From an uncultured Bacteroidales bacterium (lineage in GTDB: Bacteria; Bacteroidota; Bacteroidia; Bacteroidales; FEN-979): 64,000 nt of DNA. The position numbers were made by a program, and so were the translations under genes. The stretch covers positions 31,963-95,962 of the forward strand of contig CAWAVC010000016.1 of the NCBI GenBank assembly GCA_963785325.1, in the 5' to 3' direction. The notes beneath the pieces are model-generated. The model was given only the letters and a program-made list of their open reading frames with translations. It ran no database searches and had not been told where the DNA came from. Of this stretch, positions 42,708 to 50,888 are shown in pieces. Every line of letters starts with the position of its first letter. The first letter of the stretch is position 1.

Positions 42708-42839
42708 CTACCAGGAAGGGCAGTGGCATGATTTCGGTTTTGGATTATGGTAATTCTGATGGTTGGTGGTGACACAGGACCCAACCATAAAGGCGCAGGT
42801 TATCATCAGTAAAATAAATACTATTCGCCTGAATTTCAT
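42708..42839 (-). CDS. Small (43 aa) putative lipoprotein
   Basis: MKFRRIVFILLMITCAFMVGS-C lipobox-like site; short His/Cys-containing mature peptide. Confidence 0.5.
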   Translation of the reverse strand: MKFRRIVFILLMITCAFMVGSCVTTNHQNYHNPKPKSCHCPSW

Positions 42840-42970
42840 TCTGCAAATATACTTTATTCGGATAAACAGGATACGGTCAGTTCTTTTTCCAGCAACCAAC
42901 GGAAGAGATTTTTTTAATTTCGAACGCCTGATAATGTAGGATTGTTGTAATTTTAGCGAAAATATTTCCT

Positions 42971-43717
42971 GTGAACATTAAAATCATTTCTACTACTGGT
43001 GATTATGTGTTGCTGATGCGCAGGGTCTTTACAAAACCCCAGAGAGGAAGTATCTTCTGGCAGCGTTTAATGGACGAGATACAGGGTTTGGGCATTGAAT
43101 CCATTGGTATTGTTGCGTTCATTTCGGTATTTATGGGGGCTGTGGTCGCCATACAAACTGCATACAATATCGATAATCCTTTTATCCCTCTTACTATGGT
43201 TGGGTGGACGACCCGTCAATCGATTATTCTCGAATTCTCTCCAACAATAATAAGCCTGATCCTTGCAGGGAAAGTCGGATCACGGATCGCCTCTGAGATC
43301 GGTACCATGAGGGTTACGGAGCAAATCGATGCGCTGGAGATCATGGGCGTTAATTCTGCCAATTATCTTATTTTCCCTAAAGTTGTTGCCTCCATGTTGA
43401 TCAATCCAGTCCTCATCGTTCTCAGTATGTGGATGGCCATCCTTGGGGGATGGTTGGCCATGGCTGCGACCGGGTTATCTACAACGACAGACTATATAAC
43501 TGGTATACGAATTGATTTCCAGGAATATATTGTTTTTTATGCACTTCTGAAGACTTTCTTTTTTGCTTTTATCATTTCGACAATTTCCGGATTTTACGGA
43601 TATAGAACCAACGGAGGGGCGTTGGAAGTAGGACAAGCCAGTACTAAGGCTGTTGTATTCAGCAGTATTCTTATCATTCTTTTCAACCTCATTCTAACTC
43701 AACTTCTCTTAACATGA
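42971..43717 (+). CDS. mlaE: MlaE family ABC transporter permease
   Basis: AGKVGSRIASEIGTMRVTEQIDALEIMG, GGALEVG.ASTKAVV. Confidence 0.92.
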   Translation: MNIKIISTTGDYVLLMRRVFTKPQRGSIFWQRLMDEIQGLGIESIGIVAFISVFMGAVVAIQTAYNIDNPFIPLTMVGWTTRQSIILEFSPTIISLILAGKVGSRIASEIGTMRVTEQIDALEIMGVNSANYLIFPKVVASMLINPVLIVLSMWMAILGGWLAMAATGLSTTTDYITGIRIDFQEYIVFYALLKTFFFAFIISTISGFYGYRTNGGALEVGQASTKAVVFSSILIILFNLILTQLLLT

Positions 43718-44459
43718 TCGAAGCAAAAGATATAAATAAAATTTTTGGCGAGCATCATGTCCTTAAGAACATCTCATGTACTTTTGAAAAAGGAAAAACA
43801 AACCTTATTATCGGACAGAGTGGATCGGGCAAAACAGTGTTAATGAAATGCCTGGTAGGATTATATGAAGTTGATACGGGAATGATCATCTATGACAATC
43901 GGAACTTCTCAGAGATGAATTTCGAACAACGCAAGAATTTCGCCAGGAGATTGGAATGCTTTTCCAGGGTGGTGCCTTATTTGATTATATGACAGTAGAA
44001 GAGAATGTGATGTTTCCACTGAACATGTTTACAAATAAAACAAAACGAGAGAAGCTGAATCGTGTTAACTTCGTGCTGGACAGGGTTAATCTTGACAATG
44101 TCAACCACATGATGCCCTCTGAACTTAGCGGAGGTATGCGCAAACGGGTGGCCATTGCACGAGCTATTTCCATGAATCCGGAGTATCTTTTTTGTGATGA
44201 GCCAAATTCAGGTCTTGATCCCCAGACTTCAGGGGTTATCGACCAACTGATTAAAGAGATCACTGTTGAATATGAGATCACGACAATTATCAATACCCAT
44301 GATATGAATTCAGTGTTAAGCATAGGCGATAACGTTGCCTTCATTTATGACGGTGAACTCTGGTGGAGAGGGAATAAAGAAACAATCCTTCACACCAGTA
44401 ACAAAGAACTCAATGATTTTGTTTTCGGTACTGAGCTTACTTCACGATTGAAGCAGTGA
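43714..44459 (+). CDS. mlaF: MlaF family ABC transporter ATP-binding protein; frameshift near 43940
   Basis: GQSGSGKT in the first ORF; MLFQGGALFD, LSGGMRKR, CDEPNSGLDP, NTHD in the second. Confidence 0.88.
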
Positions 44460-44462
44460 TCC

Positions 44463-44942
44463 ATGAATTATCTCGACATTATCATTTTCTGTATCCTTGG
44501 GCTGCTGTTCATTAACGGAATAAGGAAAGGATTCATTCTCAGCCTTGCCACGCTTATAGCGCTGCTTCTCGGCATCTGGGCTGCTATTCATTTTTCCGGC
44601 TTCATGAGTAACTTCCTCATCAAAACCTTTCATCCTTCGGGTGCCTGGCTAACCATTCTTTCCTATGTATTAACCTTTTTACTGGTCGTTCTGGGAGTTA
44701 TTATTATTGCCCGTTTACTTGAAAATGTGGTGAAAACAGTTGGTTTAGGATTAACAAACAGCATTATCGGCGGTTTTTTTGGCTTGTTGAAAGGAATATT
44801 AGGGGTGAGTTTCCTGTTGTTTATTCTGGTTCATTTCGATTCGAATGAATATATAATCTCTCATAAAACAAAAGAAACATCTGTTTGTTACCCATATATC
44901 CAGAAAATTTTTCCAGTATATTCCAGATTTTTGTTTAAATGA
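44463..44942 (+). CDS. cvpA: CvpA family (colicin V production) membrane protein
   Basis: MNYLDII..GIRKGFI; NSIIGGFFGLLKG. Confidence 0.88.
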   Translation: MNYLDIIIFCILGLLFINGIRKGFILSLATLIALLLGIWAAIHFSGFMSNFLIKTFHPSGAWLTILSYVLTFLLVVLGVIIIARLLENVVKTVGLGLTNSIIGGFFGLLKGILGVSFLLFILVHFDSNEYIISHKTKETSVCYPYIQKIFPVYSRFLFK

Positions 44943-45238
44943 ATAATTCTGTAATTATTAAGAGCACTTCTAAAAACAAAAAATTAGTATAACTATTGGA
45001 ATGTTAATAATATAACTACGTTTATATTGGTGGAAATGTTTTATTTTAAATCCTCTAAGACTTTTTGGCGATCATTTGTTATTAGAAACCTTAGTAAATT
45101 TTGAGATCTTCTGCAAAAACTGAGCGAGTATATTGACCGGAGTATATTTGAATTGTGTTTATATCAGGTATTTATAGCTGATATTCAGTGTTATAAAAAT
45201 AGGATGGAATGAATTTAGGTTTTTAGAAAATCATACTA

Positions 45239-45246
45239 TATATTTG
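45239..45246 (+). promoter_or_regulatory. Bacteroidota -7 element (TATATTTG) for the cytochrome cluster
   Basis: TAnnTTTG match 73 bp before the ATG at 45320. Confidence 0.45.
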
Positions 45247-45319
45247 TATTAAAATCGGTATGAAAAAAAGTGGTTTTTAGAAATCCGCTAATAAATCATT
45301 TAACCAAAACCAACTAAAT

Positions 45320-46357
45320 ATGAAGAAATTTACCACCTCTTTCCTGTCCGCCGGATTATTCATAGCTTCTTTAGGATTTATATTCTTTAGTTGCACAAAG
45401 GAGGGACCACAGGGACCAGCTGGAACCAATGGAACTAATGCATCTTTAACCTGCGAGGAGTGTCATAATTTTTCCGACACAATCGTTGCAAAAATTTTCC
45501 AATATAATGCATCCAAGCATGCAACCGGCAGTACTCTTAATGAAGCTACGAATGCTACTTGCGCTCCCTGCCATTGCAGCCAGGGTTTTGCAGAAGTTAA
45601 TTCAACCGGTTCTTTCAGTACTGCAGCAGGAATTACCGATGCGGCACCGATCAACTGTCGCACCTGTCATCAGATCCATAAAACTTATACGAATGCCGAC
45701 TGGTCGTTGGCAACAACTGCTCAGTATTATTGGCGTTTTGACTCAACCCAAAAAGTTCATTTTACTGCCAATGACGGTACCGCAAATCTTTGCGGAAGAT
45801 GTCATCAGGCACGGGTTGCAAGTCCTACCTTAAATAAACCTTCCTCTAACACTGATTCGATCACTATAACCAGTAACAGATGGGGGCCACACCATGGGCC
45901 ACAGTCTAATATACTTGCTGCCAAAGGTGCATACAATGATGCAGGGTTTGGAACTTCTCCGCATAAAGACACAATCGGATGCATGGGTTGTCATGGCAAG
46001 AATGCTCAAGGAAACTATGTCGGAGGACATACACTGATAATGACCAGCACAACAACCGGTGATAACGTAGCAGTTTGTAAGCCCTGTCATCCTGATGCAA
46101 CATCTTTTAACATTAACGGAGATCAAACAACAATCAATGGTCTCTATCAGCAATTAAAAATAAAATTGGCCACTTTCAACATGCTGGATACCAACACTAT
46201 GTTGATCATTCCAAAAAAATATGCCCAGGCTGACTTAGCAGTACTTTGGAATTTTCTGCTCGTAGATGCTGATCGTAGTATGGGTGTTCATAATTACCAG
46301 TATACCTTCAATTTGCTGACAGCCGGAATCATACATTTTAATACAAAGTCTTATTAA
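45320..46357 (+). CDS. Hexaheme cytochrome c lipoprotein with a short collagen-like linker
   Basis: Lipobox FFS-C, then GPQGPAGTNG; six CXXCH motifs (CEECH, CAPCH, CRTCH, CGRCH, CMGCH, CKPCH); GPHHGPQ and D.SMGVHN motifs. Confidence 0.9.
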   Translation: MKKFTTSFLSAGLFIASLGFIFFSCTKEGPQGPAGTNGTNASLTCEECHNFSDTIVAKIFQYNASKHATGSTLNEATNATCAPCHCSQGFAEVNSTGSFSTAAGITDAAPINCRTCHQIHKTYTNADWSLATTAQYYWRFDSTQKVHFTANDGTANLCGRCHQARVASPTLNKPSSNTDSITITSNRWGPHHGPQSNILAAKGAYNDAGFGTSPHKDTIGCMGCHGKNAQGNYVGGHTLIMTSTTTGDNVAVCKPCHPDATSFNINGDQTTINGLYQQLKIKLATFNMLDTNTMLIIPKKYAQADLAVLWNFLLVDADRSMGVHNYQYTFNLLTAGIIHFNTKSY

Positions 46358-46376
46358 TTAATTTTTGGATATCTGT

Positions 46377-46409
46377 AAAGGCTTCAGAAAAATTCTGAAG
46401 CCTTTTTTT
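46377..46409 (+). terminator. Intrinsic terminator after the hexaheme cytochrome gene
   Basis: AAAGGCTTCAGAA-AAA-TTCTGAAGCCTTTTTTT. Confidence 0.75.
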
Positions 46410-46477
46410 CAATAATTAATGCAAATACCTTATCTTTACTTTCAATATATTTATTGTCAATTATAAAACGATTCATC

Positions 46478-46858
46478 ATGCAAAAGAAAATCTTCGGAGT
46501 TTTGTTTGTATTCCTGATCGGAATGTTGATTTTTACCTCTTGTGCTAAAGATACAGTTGTGCCCTTTCAAAGCAATATCAATCCCAATCTGAAAATCAGC
46601 TTTAAAGATACCATTCAACCGATTTTCACGAGCAATTGCGCAGTTCCATTCTGTCATTCCGGAACGGTAAATCCGAATCTCCTGGCAGAACATGCATACA
46701 GCAGTCTTACATCTGGGAACTATATCAATACCGGATTTCCAACTGAAAGTACAATATATATCGTAATGGTCCCTGGGGGTCTAATGTCAAACCACTGTAC
46801 GGCCGACCAGGCTGATCTTGTTCTGGCATGGATCAAGCAAGGCGCATTAAATAATTAA
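46478..46858 (+). CDS. Monoheme cytochrome c-like lipoprotein with an atypical CX4CH motif
   Basis: Lipobox FTS-C; SFKDTIQPIFTSNCAVPFCH; C-terminal WIKQGA.NN typical of small Planctomycete-type cytochrome c domains. Confidence 0.75.
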   Translation: MQKKIFGVLFVFLIGMLIFTSCAKDTVVPFQSNINPNLKISFKDTIQPIFTSNCAVPFCHSGTVNPNLLAEHAYSSLTSGNYINTGFPTESTIYIVMVPGGLMSNHCTADQADLVLAWIKQGALNN

Positions 46859-46869
46859 CACTATCATTC

Positions 46870-47796
46870 ATGATTAATAAATTTTTAATCAATATGCAGA
46901 AACTTATACCTGATTTTATAAAAATATTTCTTATTGGCTTAGTTTTTTTCTTTACAAGTATTGGTATTGTTTTTGCTCAGGACTCAATTCCTACCCAAAC
47001 AAAAAAACCGTTGGCAAAAGCTCCTTTTGAAAGCAGCTATTTCATTGATGATCAAACGGTATCACTACCTCCTGCCCACACTCTGCAAATGGTTATCCAG
47101 CACCGGTTCGGAACAATCCAGAACGGATGGACAGATCTGGCAGGTATCTGGGGTGCTTCTAATATCCGTTTCGGTCTTGACTTTACCATCAATAAAAATG
47201 TTCTGATTGGATTAGGCACGACCAAGAATAAACGGATTCAGGATTTTCAAATGAAATATACTTTCCTGCGTCAGCGAAAAGATGGGTTTCCTCTTACACT
47301 GGCAGTTTATGGTAATATGGGAATCAATTGTCTAAACAAATCCGCATTTGGAACCAATTTTAAAGCACGCGATCGTTTTTCCTATTATTATGAGCTTATG
47401 ATCGCAAGAAGATTCTGCAGAATATTTTCTGTCCAGGCTGGAATAGCGTGGGTTCATTATAATATAGTGGATTCGACTGTTACACCAAGGGATTGGTATG
47501 TAAACTCATTGTATAACGATAACCTTCAGATTTCTGGGATTGGCCGCCTGAAGGTCAGTCCCCAGATGTCCATTATTGCCACCTATTCTCAAAGTATCTT
47601 CACTTACCTAAACAGAAAGCCCTGGCCCAATGCTGGATTGGGTGTTGAGATTTCAACAAGCACTCATGCATTCCAGGTCTATTTAGCAGCTGCACAAGGT
47701 ATTGTTCCGCAGGAAGTAGCTTTTTACAACGATAATAATCCCTATAATGGAGTGATTTTGATCGGTTTCAACATCACCCGGTTGTGGACTTTTTAA
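46870..47796 (+). CDS. Outer-membrane beta-barrel protein (DUF5777-like)
   Basis: Signal peptide; IQHRFG motif; alternating amphipathic strands; terminal aromatic TRLWTF. Confidence 0.75.
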   Translation: MINKFLINMQKLIPDFIKIFLIGLVFFFTSIGIVFAQDSIPTQTKKPLAKAPFESSYFIDDQTVSLPPAHTLQMVIQHRFGTIQNGWTDLAGIWGASNIRFGLDFTINKNVLIGLGTTKNKRIQDFQMKYTFLRQRKDGFPLTLAVYGNMGINCLNKSAFGTNFKARDRFSYYYELMIARRFCRIFSVQAGIAWVHYNIVDSTVTPRDWYVNSLYNDNLQISGIGRLKVSPQMSIIATYSQSIFTYLNRKPWPNAGLGVEISTSTHAFQVYLAAAQGIVPQEVAFYNDNNPYNGVILIGFNITRLWTF

Positions 47797-47833
47797 TTAA
47801 CGCAAATTGTTTAATCTTAGCACATTTAAATCA

Positions 47834-48262
47834 ATGAAAAAAACACAGAAATCAATTACCCTACTCGTGACAATGATCATTATAGTAGTATTCGTGTTTG
47901 GGAATACGGTCAATGCTCAACAGGTAAAAGCAAAACCATGGCCTGTTCCCGATAAAAACAAAACCATAAAAGCACCTATTAACCTGAAAGATGCATCTGT
48001 GATCAGCAACGGAAAAGATCTCTGGGCCAAGAACTGTAAATCCTGTCATGGAGCCAAAGGATTAGGCGACGGCCCTAAAGGAGCTTTATTAAAAACCTTG
48101 CCAGGAGATTTCACCGATGCAGCTTTCCAGGGTATGACCGATGGGGAAATATTTTTTAAAACTTCTATAGGGCGGGATGAAATGCCAGCTTTTGAAAAGA
48201 GACTTCCTGACGCAAATGACCGTTGGGGGCTCGTAGCATACATGCGCACATTTAAGAAATAG
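47834..48262 (+). CDS. Periplasmic monoheme class I cytochrome c
   Basis: Sec signal (VNA-Q), CKSCHG..GDGP, TDGEIF, distal MPAF. Confidence 0.9.
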   Translation: MKKTQKSITLLVTMIIIVVFVFGNTVNAQQVKAKPWPVPDKNKTIKAPINLKDASVISNGKDLWAKNCKSCHGAKGLGDGPKGALLKTLPGDFTDAAFQGMTDGEIFFKTSIGRDEMPAFEKRLPDANDRWGLVAYMRTFKK

Positions 48263-48347
48263 ATAATTATTTTTCCACATTAGGAAAACCTATACATTGA
48301 ATCAATGACATCAAACTTATTGCGGGTAAAATCAAATCTTCTCCAAA

Positions 48348-49841
48348 GTGAAAATGCCAAAATCAATTTCTAATTGGATCAGCATAATAGGGGCTATCCT
48401 TGCAATAAATAGCTTTATACTCATCATAATTCTCTTTATTGAGTCGCTGTTCACCAATCATGATAACCCATACAACGGAATGTTCACTTATATTCTCCTT
48501 CCCGGAGTTTTTGTAATAGGACTGATCCTGATTCCTATTGGAATGTTCATTAAACGCAGAAGAAAAAGCAAGGAAGGTCAATCCAGATGGCCGGTGCTGG
48601 ATATGAACAGCAGCAGACAGCGTCAGAGGTTATTGATGTTCTCAATATTTACGTTTTTATTTCTGATCATTTCAGCCGTAGGAAGTTACGAAGCTTTTAA
48701 CTTTACCGAATCTGTCACCTTCTGCGGCAAGCTTTGTCATAAAGTGATGGAACCAGAATATGTATCTTATTTACATTCACCACACGCTCGTGTAGCTTGT
48801 GTAGAATGCCATGTGGGGGAGGGCGCTAATTGGTACGTAAAATCAAAACTGTCAGGCCTTTACCAAGTTTATTCTGTGTTGTTTCACAAATATCCACAAC
48901 CTATCAATGCTCCAATTAAAAACCTGCGTCCAGCACGAGAAACCTGTGAACGTTGTCATTGGCCAGAAAAATTTTATTCCCCCAGACTTGATAATAGAAG
49001 GACATATTTGACCGACAGCCTGAATACGGAATGGAATGTTTCAATGTTAATGAAGATAAGTCCGAATTACAATACAATGGAACTTTCAGGTGGTATTCAT
49101 TGGCATATCAATAAGGATATGCGCATCGAATATGTTTCATCATCAAAAGACAGGGAATTTATTCCCTGGGTGAAATTCACCAATTTAAAGACCGGCGATG
49201 TCCAAATCTTCCAGGATACAGAAAATCAACTGACGCAAAAAGCCCTGGATACTCTTGAACACAGGATCATGGATTGTATGGACTGCCATAATCGTCCTTC
49301 TCATTCTTACAAATCAGCTCCGGTGTTTGTTGACGAAGGGATGATGAAAGGAGAAATACAAGGAGAGCTTCCCTTCATAAAAAAAGTTGCGATGAACGTT
49401 TTGAAGGGATCGTTTACTGATAAAGATTCTTCTTTCCGTTATATCAGGGATAGTATCAATAATTTTTATAAGATAAAATTCCCGGATATATATAAAAGTA
49501 AAAAGTCACTGATCGACAAAGCCATCGCTGGCATTGAGTCTGAATTTTTACTCAATATCTTTCCATATATGCGTGCAACTTCAAATAAATATTTGAATCA
49601 TATCGGGCATCTTGAATCCGATGGTTGTTTCCGTTGCCATTCAAACAGGCATATCTCCAGGAAGGGGAAAGTGATATCCAAAGATTGCTACTTATGCCAT
49701 TCTTTTGTTTTTCAGGGACCATCAAATAAGATGCAATACAATTCTTTCGATAAAACCATGGAATTTATACATCCGGTGAATATAAAGAACAATTGGAAGA
49801 CATATTTTTGTACAGAATGCCATCGTACTCTTTATCCATAA
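48348..49841 (+). CDS. ImcH-like NapC/NirT family multiheme inner-membrane quinol dehydrogenase
   Basis: Three N-terminal TM helices; CGKLCH (CX3CH) plus CVECH, CERCH, CMDCH, CFRCH, CYLCH, CTECH, giving 7 heme sites in 497 aa. Confidence 0.85.
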   Translation: MKMPKSISNWISIIGAILAINSFILIIILFIESLFTNHDNPYNGMFTYILLPGVFVIGLILIPIGMFIKRRRKSKEGQSRWPVLDMNSSRQRQRLLMFSIFTFLFLIISAVGSYEAFNFTESVTFCGKLCHKVMEPEYVSYLHSPHARVACVECHVGEGANWYVKSKLSGLYQVYSVLFHKYPQPINAPIKNLRPARETCERCHWPEKFYSPRLDNRRTYLTDSLNTEWNVSMLMKISPNYNTMELSGGIHWHINKDMRIEYVSSSKDREFIPWVKFTNLKTGDVQIFQDTENQLTQKALDTLEHRIMDCMDCHNRPSHSYKSAPVFVDEGMMKGEIQGELPFIKKVAMNVLKGSFTDKDSSFRYIRDSINNFYKIKFPDIYKSKKSLIDKAIAGIESEFLLNIFPYMRATSNKYLNHIGHLESDGCFRCHSNRHISRKGKVISKDCYLCHSFVFQGPSNKMQYNSFDKTMEFIHPVNIKNNWKTYFCTECHRTLYP

Positions 49842-49904
49842 TAATTTCTAGTTTGATATTTCTGGCAGGTACACTTTCCATTCAAAATAGTATAGATTTG
49901 TCGG

Positions 49905-50387
49905 ATGAAAGTGAAAAATATTCCCATAAAGGCAAGAAAAGCATTGGCAGAAGGTAAAATCCAGGAAGCCAATGCTATTTTACATGGTTACTATTCTTTA
50001 ATTGGAACAGTAGTTGAAGGCAGACAACTGGGAAGAACACTGGGTTTTCCTACGGCTAATCTTAAAGTGAATAAAATTCCACCATTAATTATTCCAAATG
50101 GAGTATATGCCGTCAGGATAAAATATCAAACAACGATGTATAACGGAATGGCCAACATCGGGATACGGCCAACCTTTGAACAGCAAGAATTGACTATAGA
50201 AGTAAATCTTTTCGATTTTTCCGGTAATCTATATGGGCATGAATTGACTTTGTTCTTTATTGAACGTATCCGGGATGAGATGAAATTCCCCGACCTTGAT
50301 GCACTAAAACAACAGATTACAAATGATAGACGGCGAATCCTGGAATTATTGACCGGAAGGGATCAACCGGATTCCTATTCCAAGTAA
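49905..50387 (+). CDS. Stand-alone riboflavin kinase (C-terminal domain of RibF)
   Basis: GRTLGFPTAN, GVYAV, NIGIRPT, IEVNLFDF, RIRDEMKF; no FAD synthetase domain; own TAGATTTG -7 element at 49893-49900. Confidence 0.85.
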   Translation: MKVKNIPIKARKALAEGKIQEANAILHGYYSLIGTVVEGRQLGRTLGFPTANLKVNKIPPLIIPNGVYAVRIKYQTTMYNGMANIGIRPTFEQQELTIEVNLFDFSGNLYGHELTLFFIERIRDEMKFPDLDALKQQITNDRRRILELLTGRDQPDSYSK

Positions 50388-50816
50388 ATTATTGACCTGG
50401 AGGCGTGGTACCAAGGTTTCAATTTCAATATGTAACATCCCTTTCTTTTCTATCTGCAATCTTTTTTTTAGTACAATTGATTCAGTACAAGAATCTTGGC
50501 TACAGTTTCCTATAAAACCTCCTGTTTCATTCTTCAACATAAGTTTGTATTCCTTTATCCTTTCTTCCCCCGAGGGTGTAGTCATGATCATATTAAACTT
50601 AAGATTATCAAATTCATAGTCTTTCGTATAATTGGCAAAAAAATAAACATCGTACCGTCTGTTAGTATTCAGGACCGGGATATTAAAACCGATTTTTTCA
50701 AACCGGTTCCAAGTCCGGTTATTAAACTTATGATAACTGACAATTTCATTGTTTTTTTTGCATCCCGAAAAAATGAGAACTATAAATAAACCGTAAATAA
50801 ATAATTTTCTGTTCAT
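50346..50816 (-). CDS. gldH: GldH family lipoprotein
   Basis: Lipobox FSG-C; YHKF...W..F; YEFDNL; C-terminal GIGIRL. Confidence 0.7.
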   Translation of the reverse strand: MNRKLFIYGLFIVLIFSGCKKNNEIVSYHKFNNRTWNRFEKIGFNIPVLNTNRRYDVYFFANYTKDYEFDNLKFNMIMTTPSGEERIKEYKLMLKNETGGFIGNCSQDSCTESIVLKKRLQIEKKGMLHIEIETLVPRLQVNNLLGIGIRLIPSGQ

Positions 50817-50888
50817 TGTTATTTTATATTAAAATTTGAACTTCTTTTTGCAAGAGGTTATTTATCTGATTTTTAAGAAGCATCTTAC

